Positions 25,972 to 37,797 of a stretch of DNA of 64,000 nucleotides are shown piece by piece. The stretch's first letter is position 1. Each line of letters opens with the position of its first letter. Location: assembly GCA_051294905.1 (NCBI GenBank), contig CM119371.1, forward strand, positions 23,686,001 to 23,750,000, given 5' to 3'. The DNA is from Botryllus schlosseri (lineage: Eukaryota). The notes beneath the pieces were generated by a model. The model had not been told where the DNA came from. It was given only the letters and a program-made list of their open reading frames with translations, and did not search any database. Both the position numbers and the translations under genes were made by a program.

Positions 25972-26365
25972 CATTAATTCTGCCATCGGCGAACATCTGT
26001 TGGATAATCCGATTTGTGCGAATAATTATCGAGACGACCGATTTCGAATCGTAGGGCGAGGCCGTTCACAATTCCATTTGTGTGCCTTGGAATCAACTTT
26101 TATCAAAATACACCAACCAAAATTCTGTCAACAAAAGGAATTCGTGTACCACCTAAAAATAGTACATTGAACGCTCTCTCATTCGAAATTTCATGCTGGT
26201 GACGTCATATTTTGTGATACGATTGTTGATATACAATGTTCTTTCCAATTCTCTACTAGTTGCTGACGATTACCCCTGAAGAGTGTCAGCCGAAAATATT
26301 CGGGTTCATTTCAATATGAATATACTATTTAATTGTACGTGAAAATAGTGTATTTTTAAATGTAA
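25972..26365 (+). mobile_element. 5'-truncated Penelope-like retroelement (GIY-YIG C-terminus plus pLTR)
   Basis: SAIGEHLLDNPICA...LESTFIKIHQPKFCQQKEFVYHLKIVH* is a typical Penelope endonuclease tail and is followed by a hammerhead. It truncates a CAATGTT-family MITE that starts at 25853. Confidence 0.8.
26262..26305 (+). ncRNA. Minimal type I hammerhead ribozyme (Penelope-associated)
   Basis: ACCC-CTGAAGA-G-TGTCAGC-C-GAAA-ATAT-TC-GGGT. Conserved core, stem I ACCC/GGGT, palindromic stem III AATATT, and loop II GTCAGC complementary to upstream GCTGAC. Confidence 0.8.
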
Positions 26366-26463
26366 CCAACGTCACTCATGGAACTGACGAGTAAAACATA
26401 CACAACATAGCAGTAATACGCATCCATTTCTATTTTAAACCACTATTGTAGGACAGTACAGTT

Positions 26464-26793
26464 TCATGTTGTGCGGAATGTTGGAGTCTTTAAAATGACA
26501 ATTTGGACGTAAAATGACTTTAGTAAGGAAAATGAGCGCTCCACGGACGCTGATGTGGGTTGACACTTCTGCAGTTTTGCATACAGCGCTGATGAAATGT
26601 CTTGCCTTTGTAGCTCCATAATTTGTTTCATATCGTTTTTGTCCACTCGCTTCTTAATGTAATTTTTGAGCTCAAGAGGAACTTTACTGAAATCAAGGGC
26701 ATTTAGATCAGCATTAGCCGCTCTGATGGTGTACGTACAACTTTCCATTTTCTGTATCAAGTTTGAAATATTGTTGTAGTGTTTGGTGACCAA
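26464..26793 (-). pseudogene. hAT transposase C-terminal (dimerisation domain) remnant
   Basis: QPTSASVERSFS motif. A TAGGGCCATTTAAAGTC terminus with ATGACT repeats lies upstream on the same strand (ending at 29226). Confidence 0.7.
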
Positions 26794-27130
26794 TTCTTCA
26801 ATTATTTATTATCGTGGTGCCCATCGTAAAAACTATTTTATTCAAATCCAAATGTATTTGTATATAACTAGACCAAGATAGAACTTTTTAGCCTGCCTAC
26901 CCACTGACTGAACTTCAAATGACGTCCTACTTCAGTGCACAGAAGTAAAACAGATTGTGTAGCAACACAATGCAATGTGTGACCTCATAATGCAATGTGT
27001 GACCTCATAGGTCTGTGAATGTAATGTGATGTAGGCTAACCTTACGGCTTGCCTTCGTTCAATCAGAAATTGCCCTACTTTCTTAGTGCTTAATTGCTTC
27101 ACCGCCTAAATTGGCACTTTTTATTTAAAG

Positions 27131-29041
27131 CAGTGATTCCCAAGTGCGGCCCCGAGGGCCGCATGCGGCCCCCAGATAGCCTTCTTGCGGCCCCCAAGAT
27201 ATATTAGGAAATCGATTTATGACAAAAAATAAAATTTATATTTATAAAATACTTTTGTATGGCTTGGCCTCTGTAGTTTTTAATTATAGAATTGCAGGAA
27301 AGTTGTGAGTTTAGACTGCTAACGTTACATCACTGCTGTTTCAATGCAATGTGCCCTAACTTTCCAGTTGAACGAGCAGTAGCCATAGATATAAATAGGT
27401 ATTGATAACTTTCAAAACCGGAGTAAAATCCTGAAAACATGGTAAATTTTTCCCACTTCGTGGTCGCTTGACTAAAAAAGAAAAAGAGGCTCAACTCCTG
27501 AAAAATACAGTTTTCTTTCACATTAACAGGTAGTTGACTGAAAAAAAGGTCAACTTTCCGGTCCAGCTCCCGAAATAGCCGCCCTAGCGTTACTACAGTG
27601 CCGACTTAATGTATATGGATCAGTCGAATTTGGCCCTATGTAATCAAAATCCTCAAAAAAGAAGACATTTGAGCGTCCTCCGAGGTCAATTTAAAAAAAA
27701 TCAAAAAAGAGGACAAATCATCTTAAAAGAGAACGTATGGTAACCGTATGATAACTAGATGTGCAACACGTCACTCACGGTTGAATACGCCGAGAGGCAT
27801 ACTGCTTAGCAGACTAAAAGCAGCATAATTGGTAGTCCTATAGTCAGGGCCATAACTGCCGCAACCCAAACCCCCCATTGAGGGGGCCGAGCTCGAAGGG
27901 GGCTCAAAATTATTTCGTGAATTAGCATAAATTATAGAGTATTTTTTGAAAATCCATGTGACTTTTTCTAAAATTTTTCGCGCTAGACGCGATTTCAATT
28001 CGCCACATATCTTAATTATTGGGTACTCTTCCCCAAGAAAAAATACGCAAGATTTATAGAAATGCTTTTATGCTGACCAAAAACTTCGAAATACCAAAAA
28101 CTTTGTTATATATGCAACACACATATAGGTTTAATTGTCCATAGGCGCCTAAATGACTGGCGCCGAATGTTCTTGTCTTGGCAATATGAACCTCACAAGA
28201 CAAATAGCACCCCACAGGAAAAAAATTATATGCCAGTGACGAAATACCAATCTGAAATCGTGTGATCTTTCAGTTTAGTAGGTTTAGGAAATTCTACATT
28301 TTTTGATATAACAGACAGGAGGTCACGAAATACCATCATGTAAAGAAGTCACACCTAGGAGTCCGCCCGCCCAAAGATGTTTAATTTTACGGGGTCTGCA
28401 GTTTCAAAGACACCTCTCACTCAGCTCTACCGTTAAATCTGATTACGTGGGCAAAGAGGACAACCATGCAATTCCGGATCTTATTCACCGATTTTATCGT
28501 GAATTATCGAAATATTCGCGCCTCGCGCTGCCTCACTAAACAGTACAACTTTAATTTCGTTGCAAAAGCGAACAACGTGATGCTGGGTCAGTTTATCACC
28601 CTATGGGAGCCCGGGGTCCTGACGAAGTGCTGCTACGTTCCTGCCAACGGGTATACCCCCGGAGATTTTTAATTACTATTGAGGGGGCCCACTCAGCTCT
28701 ACCGGCAAATCAGAACACGTGAACAGAGACAGGATGAAAATTGATAGCAATACATGCAATTCCCGATCATATTGACCGATTCAGTCATGAAACTAAAGAA
28801 ATTTCTCGCGCTTCTCGCGTTTAGGCGAGAAAAGCTGATTCACTCAACTGACACCCAATGCAGCAGATGAGTAGCGGCAAACAGTGTACGGTTTTGAAAT
28901 CTCGCCAGGGCAATAAAACTACTCCGAAATAGCCATGGTGACTGTTTGGGTCTGTTTCATAGCCGTAGTATTCGTGCGGCCCCGACCGTACTCTGAAATT
29001 CTAAATTTGGCCCTCACACCGAAAAAGTTTGGGAACCACTG
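27131..29041. mobile_element. hAT-type element (CAGTGATTCCCAA termini), copy 2, with different nested inserts
   Basis: Same TIRs and interior as 20360-22355, with TSD ATTTAAAG (27123-27130, 29042-29049). Confidence 0.85.
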
Positions 29042-29559
29042 ATTTAAAGTATATAACAATATGACTTTATAACTAAAATATGACCTAACCAAGAAAATAT
29101 GACTTTATATGACTTGATAACTTTCTTAATATACCCCATAGAGACGTGGTTTTCGCGTTAAAATTGATTTCACGACTTACTGATGCACAGAAAAAAATAT
29201 GACTTTAATGACTTTAAATGGCCCTAGTTATGGCGATTGTCTTGCTGTATATTGTGGGTTCGATTTCCGACATAACATATCGATTCAGCGCTAGACATTT
29301 TTCACGTCTTATACTTTAGCTGACAGTTTCTTGAGGTATTCTCATTGAAATGACATTGTAAAGTGTTTGAGTTCATTTATTTCGTAAAAGAGCATGATAT
29401 ATCGATGATGTACGATAACGCTGGTCAACACAATTTTTGTTGATTTCGATCTGATAGTTGTTTTTGGCTAACGTTTGGACGCTGAATTCAAAAATGAATT
29501 CGGTTTTTCTCTACCACGTCAAGTTTTTCGGTTAGGCACCCACCACATAGGCTCATAAC

Positions 29560-29752
29560 CAATGTTCCCTCTAATTTTTGACGGGTCTGCGCACACTCCA
29601 CAATTCACTGCGCAGACCCTTGCAAAACAGTGCGTAACGACTAAAAAAAGGTCATCACTTCGGATTTTTTGTGCGCAACGTAGATTTTCTGTGCGCAGAG
29701 ACCGTGAAAGCACTGCGCTTTTGCGCACGTGCGCAGCTTAGAGGGAACATTG
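29560..29752. mobile_element. Short hAT-type MITE
   Basis: TIR CAATGTTCCCTCTAA / TTAGAGGGAACATTG with TSD CTCATAAC (29552-29559, 29753-29760). Confidence 0.85.
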
Positions 29753-30217
29753 CTCATAACCCACATAAAAGTACTACTTTTAGTATTATGTATTTATTTT
29801 ATAAAACGTTTCAAAACCACGAGTGCTCGAACGTATAGGTCAATAGACTCCAAACATTTGCACCGCTTTATTTGGTTGATTTGAACTGATATTGCGTCTG
29901 CAGGACAAATAAAGTTCGAGTTTCAGGGTTCAAATTTACGCTAATAACTCATAATTCTTTGGGATGTCCCGAGCAATAGTCAGCCAACATATCGAAGCTA
30001 CAATCTATTCTGGCATCTTACTATCATCATTTTCAGAAATTGGGGAATGGGAATGCTAATTTCTCTTTGCCCCTCGCAGACTATGCCAAGGTTTTCCGGT
30101 AGATTATTTAGATATTTTATATTTTTTGAATGTCTGCTGTTCGACGAAATCATATGGCAGTGGCACATGAGTAGTTAATATGATCGGTCGTGACTTGGTG
30201 TTTTTAACATGGGGCTC

Positions 30218-30480
30218 TTATGGGCGGGGTGGCACGGTGCCGAGAAACCGGGGGTGGCACGGTGACCCGTATCTCTTATGGCGGGGGTGGCACGGTGCCA
30301 TTGTGTCTTATGGCGGGGGTCGCATGGTTACCTTTTCGGGTATAGGCTGCGGCGGCACGGTTCCGTGAAAACTCGTGGTGGCATGGTTACCTTTTCAGGT
30401 ATAGGCGCGGTGACATGGTGACCTTTCAGGAGAGATGATTTGACTAACGTTGTGGGTATAGGCGCGGCGGCACGGTGTTG
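30218..30480 (+). repeat. GC-rich subterminal repeats (GGC(A)CGGTG / GGTATAGGCGCGG motifs)
   Basis: Recurrent GGGGTGGCACGGTG, CATGGTTACCTTTTC and GGTATAGGC units, mirrored at ~48980-49240. Confidence 0.75.
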
Positions 30481-30738
30481 AATATGTATCAAGTAAATAG
30501 TCATGTGATTGGTCCTTAGTTAATGTGTATATCGTAAATTATTATATATGATGGCATAGTTCAGTCGTGGCAAATGACCGATCGTGTTCTAAGTCTTTCC
30601 TCGCTATTGATTGCTAGCTGAATAATACTTCAGATCGGATTATTCGCACCTTCCGTACCGCTGTTTCACACCTACAGAATAGTCTGCTGTTCACAGTCGC
30701 AGCAAGAGTCACAAGTATACACATTACACATTCATTTA

Positions 30739-31209
30739 TTACTCTGAAATCAAACTCTTCACAAAAGCACGCACAATCGTATCATTCACTTTTTTATCAT
30801 CACCAAAATTATTCAAGTATTCCTTGGCTGAAAATCCTTGAGCTCTTTTTATCAAGAATGCTATAGCATGATCTCCGCACACATCCGAAGTTTTACTTTG
30901 TAACTGTTTCCCAGTCACAGAAAATTCATCCGGCTCCAGGAATTCTATGATCTGAGGTTTTAGTGGTCCGAAACCTAGTGAATCATGAAAATGAGTATCG
31001 TCATCTCTGTACACCCAGTGAGATCCAGGCAAACTCGATTCATCGTAATTAATGGTGATAGCGAATTTTCCGTTAGTTGGTTTCTTTGGTAACTGGTCTA
31101 TCGGATAAGTCCCTAGATATAGACTTTGTGTGACAGGGTGGTTATAGAGAATATCATTAATCTCAGACAGAGCCGGCGTAGACGGCGGTTCGAATATCAA
31201 CAATAACAA
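30739..31209 (-). CDS. Polinton-type adenain-like cysteine protease, left-arm copy (no in-frame ATG)
   Basis: INYDESSLPGSHWV (His), HDSLG (Asp) and QLQSKTSDVCGDH (Gln, Cys) match the Polinton/adenovirus protease pattern. Confidence 0.8.
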   Translation of the reverse strand: MLLLIFEPPSTPALSEINDILYNHPVTQSLYLGTYPIDQLPKKPTNGKFAITINYDESSLPGSHWVYRDDDTHFHDSLGFGPLKPQIIEFLEPDEFSVTGKQLQSKTSDVCGDHAIAFLIKRAQGFSAKEYLNNFGDDKKVNDTIVRAFVKSLISE

Positions 31210-34200
31210 CGGTCACAAATTAACACTTCAAATGTGTGTGAAATAGTTTGCAAAACCCAGCGATCGCTGACAAGATAATTTCTCGGACATAATCATCTTT
31301 CGCGACTTGGTGTTAAAGACATCGATCGCTCACGCGGTGAAATTTTCGTAAGCAGTTTGTCACAGAACTTGATTTTACTCGTAAGATTTAATAAGTAACG
31401 AATATCAGACCGTCAGTGTCGGTAACTCGAATAGCGATAGATTGTCACTTATTTCTGATCCAACCCTAATCATTTGCGAAGTTGGCGTTTATTCAAAAAG
31501 GTGCGAAATAATTGTAAATCCTACGTCACTGACACGATAATGCGTCATGCATCACAATCTAGTCATAGTACGGTGTCGGAAACCTTTCGCGAGATGTTCT
31601 ATAGGTAAATTGAGAAAATCCGAAACGAAATATTTTGACTTTGGCGTAGTGTGAATTGAAATAGGATTGACAAACATGACTATCGACTTTCCCACAGTCC
31701 CATATTGATATTATACGCACATTGATTTGAAACAAGTAATGGAACATTGCAACTCTATTCGCGATCCGACTTTTCGTTTGTCAAAGAGACATCTTACCAT
31801 ACTCAAAAGAATTATTCATAATATCAACCGGTGTTAAAAATATAGTTTTCACTTACTTGATTATACCACTACAACTCGCAAACTTGAATTAATAATAATT
31901 ATTCATATGACGATAATTTTTATTCAACTGTAAAGTCCGTTACTACACTGCAAGATAAAGTATTTACTAATCGGTACATATACGACTTGGCATAACCTAT
32001 TACATTTTGAGCATACGAGATTTAAATGTCTGAACAATAACTGAGAATTAAATGATCACAATAAAATCCGTACATTACAGCGTAAAAGATGTTGGAATGT
32101 CAGCAACTCTGTACGGTCATATAGTTACTACCACTAATTTACCCGGCCAACTCGTCATGATCATTCCTGAAATCTACAAAAACATGACCACTGACTAGAG
32201 TTAACCACAAAATAGCATCGAATTTTAAATCCAGTTGTAGCTTACGTATTATTTGAATGCGGGTTATGTTTTGTTATAATTGGGTGTACGGATAAAGTAT
32301 TAGGTCTCGATATTTTAACATTTTGCCATACTCAGTCAATCAGGAAAACATTGTCAAGTCAATCCGTTTGTAACTTACCCGACCAACTCAAGCAGTCAGC
32401 CAAGCATACACGAGTCCATACAATCACTAAAACCTAAAACCCATAACAAGCTCGGTTGTATTCATATCCCAACGCATCTTTTTCATTCAACTTGAGAAGT
32501 GGTTACTATTCTGTAAGATAGAGGAATTACTACGCGGTATATTCTGCAAGACAAACTGATTATTACTCGGTATATTTTGTAAGACAAAATTAATTACTCT
32601 TCGGTACAGGGGACTTGAGCTTAACATAATATGTTTGAGTATACGAGATTTGAAAGGTCGAGCAACGTAGTTAAGAATTCATTTCTTATACGATCAAACG
32701 CCGGTGCTACATTGAAAGTTATGTTGTAAACATCCTTATTGACACATCGATTTGACATATGTAATAGTTGATCATGACTTGATTATTAAATTATTCGCGT
32801 TAATTAGACCCGGTGTTGTGGTAAAGGTTATGACAACAACAAACTTTTCACTACCGTGGTTATTAACATATTGATTTGTAAAACTATACTTGTCTGAAAT
32901 GTTCTTGATTTGAAAGATATTCCACGTTGGTACAAATCACTCTGCGTATTATGGATATCAGAAAATATTTTTACAAATGTATAGTTGTTTCCAGTAACCA
33001 AGACTAAAGATGACACAACAATTTCGTTATTCAAACATTGAACACCCGATGCAAAATGCTTTATTAGTCAAATTCGTGACGGCTAATTGAAACGACTACG
33101 TATAGAGTCAGTATATCACAATTTCATGTCGTTACTATTGAATCCAGCAATTGATACAATTTGTTATCGGAGTTGTGACAGGAATTGAAACATATGCACT
33201 TTACAGAGTGTGAAAATATCACTTTTGGATATCGAGCGTCGTTTGAAGCGTGCGACCAATACTCAATTACATCCACACTCTCTGTCGTAGGCGCTAAATG
33301 TAAAAAACATTACAAGGTTACACTTCAAGGCTTTGATCACCTCAGAAGCGATCTGGAATATCTTCAATGGGTGCACCTTATTCTATTACACTTGGGTAAT
33401 ATACAAAACTCATAGCGGTATTTAAATCGAAATATGTCCTACACTGAAATCTACAAAAATCTGTTTGTATTGTCGTTCATAGTAGTGATACCGATTTGGA
33501 CCGCCTAAAATAATTGTCATCAGACAATTAACCAGACCACTAAAAGTCGTTGTCATCACAAAAACAATTCGCATACCGTTTGCTAAATGTGTCCTATAGC
33601 TAGGCGTACTAGAATTATTTGTAAAACACACACACACGATCAGAGAAATTAGAAATCTTCCTATTGTAATTCGTCAAAGTAGATGTAATTACAGTCACTA
33701 AAAGACCTCACTTGTATGTGATTGAATCACTAGCAATTACCCCACTAAACCGGATTCCAAAGAAATTTTACTCACTCGACGGATATGAAACAAGGTCGCG
33801 TACTCGGTGTAGATCGTTTTTCTAAAGGTAAATCATATATGTCCAGCAGAAAACAATTTTCACTCACCTGGAAATGAAACCGAAGACTTCATTCAATATT
33901 TTGTTTGTGTCAAATACTTTGCAATGAACACATTTGAGTGATTGAGCTTTACATCATCAGGCTGTCATCTGTAAATCACGGTTACATCATTCTTGTAACT
34001 GTATCGTTTACCTAACCGAGTTGTATGCACAGTTTGATATTTTTGCCATTTAGCGATTGTTGAACATACCACTTCGAAATACTCCATTGATCTTAATTCC
34101 CTTTGTCGTGATAACCGAAGTAAATTATTTTTTTTTTCGAATTCGTAACAACCGACTATGACATGACGAATTTTTGAAAAGTTTTACTTAGAAGGTTGGT

Positions 34201-35809
34201 TGCATATCGCGAAAAATAATATACCACTCATATTGATACTGATTCTCACCGAACTCGATTGTGATCAATGTATGCTTTATGCGCTCGGATTCATTTCGGT
34301 ATGGTTAAACATTGAACCTCGATAGATACGAATTGACACCCACCCAGCCAATGTCATACCAAGTAGTTATTTACAACAACCAAGACACAGAAATTTGTTT
34401 TATCCGTTTCGATTTTTTTACTAGAGCTACTCATCACTTCGGTTAATACGATCTAAATTTAAACTCCGTCTATAGTTTTGCTGGATAAGAATTATGTTAG
34501 TGTAAATAATTTTCACTATCTTGGGTTATGAACTCAGTGTGTTAGCGATCATTCAATATTTTGTAGTATCAACTAGCTACTTCGTAGGATACGAATGATC
34601 ATCCCTACAACTCTTACAAAAGTACGAAGTATATTTAGATCACACAAAGTAATCAACTTTACTCGATATCCTCACACTACGAAACTAAATGTTTGGTTAC
34701 ACTCTACAAACTGTTTTTGATGTCACATGAACTTTTGTTAGATGAATGGTCACGCATCTAAATATTCAAATAATCCAACACACCTTACAGAAATATCATA
34801 GTTCTTGTAACAAAGTTGTATAAGTATAATGTTTATCGTGAGTCCTACATAGCCATGATATCCGTCCGAGTTTGACTTTTAGAAAACATTATACCGACAT
34901 CGTGACATCTTTCAAAAACAAATCCATTGCCACTGCTTCAGAGACCTACCAATGATATTGCAGTAATACAGTTACTTCCACAAAAGAGTATGTATTCGAC
35001 TTACTTACCACAAATCTAACGCACAAAACAATTTACTTTACTAACGAGAAGCGCCGAGCCTCACATCAAAACAACTAGAAAGTGGAACTATATTAAAAAA
35101 CGTCGCTAACCTTTGTGCACCAGCTGTAAATCACACAAGCAACATGTTTCAAGATTCTGGTTATTGAAAAACGTTAAAGTGTTTCTCCTGCACCAAGTCG
35201 TTATGTTGACGAAAGCGTATATTGTAATACCATGATCGATTTGCATTCGTTGGTCACAAACTGCCACTACTCTAAATAATTATTTTTCACTCAAACACAA
35301 AAGCATACTTGTCGCCAATCGTTTTCATCAAGCACGAGTTCAAGAAGCTTACTTACTACGACATGAATTGTTATTTTTATGTTGTGTAAATAGGTAATAA
35401 TTTATTTTAGTAACACTACATCAACATCATCGAGTTGTGCGAATAGATTTACATGTGGTTTTAGTCGAAGTACACAGCACGGTCTAATGTAGATTCATCT
35501 CTATTGTACAGCAACTCGGTAATCGAAATGCATTAACATTTAAACAACGATCTTGGTTCGTCACCCGAAAAATATCTTTACTGTCGCAACACTCTGACAC
35601 TCTACACAAGATGTGTAAATCCTTTTCACACTCATAACAATACACTAACGGGATACCGACGTCAAGCAACAACGTTTAACAACATCACTGACACTGAACA
35701 TACGATTCCTACCCAAGTAAAAATATCATTTTCACCAGGAGGTCAGCCGTTACTTGTGTACAATTACCATTTCCCTTTGGAGATTTATCGTTTACCCCAG
35801 TGTAACAAA

Positions 35810-36000
35810 ACCATTTTCACTTGGAAATATATGTTTTCCCTCAACAACAATCCTTTTTCACTTGGAAATCTATTTTTTCCCTGGGTAACAATCCTTTTTC
35901 ACTTGGAAATCTATTTTTTCCCTGGGTAGCAATCCTCTTTTCACTTGGAAATCTATTTTTTCCCTGGGTAACAATCCTTTTTTACTTGGTGGTCCGTCGT
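35810..36000 (+). repeat. 41-42-bp tandem repeat (CACTTGGAAATCTATTTTTTCCCTGGGTAACAATCCTTTTT)
   Basis: Unit starts at 35818, 35859, 35900 and 35942, with degenerate copies over ~35700-36120. Mirrored at ~38685-38875. Confidence 0.85.
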
Positions 36001-36887
36001 TTACCTGAGTAAAAATATCATTTTCCTTTGGAGATCTGGCGTTTACCCAGTGTAACAATACATTTTCTCTTGGTCATCTAGCTTTTCCTAGAGTAACAAA
36101 ACCATTTTCATTTTGAAATCTGACAAACACACCTGACAATTTGGTATTTGTTGTATTGACGATAGTTTGAAATAGATTACAACGAACAGTGACGGAAATA
36201 TACACCATCAACAACTCCAATACATTTGTGTAATCGCATATTCACTTGTGCTGATGCAACCCATCAAAATCATTGGTTACCCACATGCAATGTGCTGTAC
36301 ATCGACGTGTATGTTTTAGAAATTGGACAATAGGTTTCGACATGTCTGCGATGTCCGGGTTCTTGCTTTGGATTTTCCAGAGTCAAAATGTCTGAATAAA
36401 ACACCTCCTCGACGATGGTTGGTACGTGGATATCGGTGGTCGGAAAACGGTTGGATTTATGTCGCCCATCGCGATAACAATTCCGGGTCGAGTTTTCTCC
36501 CACATGTTTACTATATTGTGTCTTTATTGGTCAATGTATGTCTCGACATTCAGTTTGAAATCGGAAACCCTGATAAAGTACGTAACCGGATCCGGATATC
36601 AACCCTGAATCGATAAACCAACGAACAATATTCAAGTAAACATGTTACACCCTGTGTTTCCACGAAAAAATACCATCCAGACATACGTCGCGCTTGTTTG
36701 CCCACAAAAGTATACGCGTAAATGGAGGTGTGTGACATTGCATGCAATGTGTTGGTGTTGGTATACAAACATCGGGGAGTAAGCCTTCGATCTACAGACA
36801 TTATCATAGCCGGTAATTTTGATGCAGATCGAATGTCACCCGATAACAATGTCATACCAATAAGCCACATTGCAATGACTCTGAGTC

Positions 36888-37797
36888 CGCGCTATTACAT
36901 CGATATTTCGGCGCCGGTCACTGATTTACTCGATGGTGTTATCGTGTTGTTACATTGCAAGATAGTCATGACCCTATCTCCAGACAGATCACCCAGACCA
37001 ATTGGATACATCGAACGATATCTGTCGTGTTGTCCGAAGTTTTCTGCTGCAGCGTTTGACCAAGGTGAACTATCGAAGTACGGGTGTTCCAAATGATTGC
37101 GATCAGTCTTTTAGTCACGATGCATGGACGTCGCTACTCCCACATAACGACTCCAGATAAATATCGTGAACGGTGATTCTGTAAATCTGGGACTGGTACT
37201 GTGATCCAATAAGGTGTGTTTCTGTGAAAACTGCAATCGTACACCGCAAATAGAACACTACCTCGTGATTTCACACGTAATCATAAAACACACTTTCGTA
37301 AGGGTTTGTCCAGTTTCGAAACGGTCATCACCACAAGAGATCGGTAACATTTTGAAACGACATCATCACAAGGATATTGACATCGATTCTGTTGGTCATA
37401 TCGAAGAACATGTCAATCCGTTTTAGAATGTACCGTTTTTCAAGTTCCTGCACCATAGTGTTACGACACAGACAAGATGCGATGGTGGAAATAATAAAAC
37501 ACGGAAGGCACACTTTGGTGTTATTTGATATGGATTTTACACCAGACGAACCTCACATTCGAGCGATGCATTTGAATGGCGATTGTATTATTGATGTCCA
37601 AGGAACAGAAATGTATCGATTTATCGGTTTCGTACGTATCCAACAAAAACCTGGGTATATGATTGTGCAGTGTGCACGGTTCGCGTATTTGACTGTGATC
37701 ACAATATTGGTATGTACTGTATAGTTCACTTTCACTGTCGTGCGAATAACCATGTTACGGTTCCATGTTTGTGTGTCTGTATGTCATGCTTCAGATT
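36888..37797. other. 910-bp unique spacer (loop) of the palindrome
   Basis: Arm identity ends at ...GACTCTGAGTC (36887) and restarts at GACTCAGAGTC (37798). Confidence 0.9.

Larger units (their letters stand above)
30170..36887. repeat. Left arm (6718 bp) of the giant inverted repeat
   Basis: Reverse complement of 37798-44139 plus 48912-49288. The ORF track is mirrored with only scattered substitutions. Confidence 0.97.

Noticed and set aside
35810..36000. CRISPR-like array in the Polinton arm
   Set aside because: Head-to-tail 41-42-bp tandem units without spacers.
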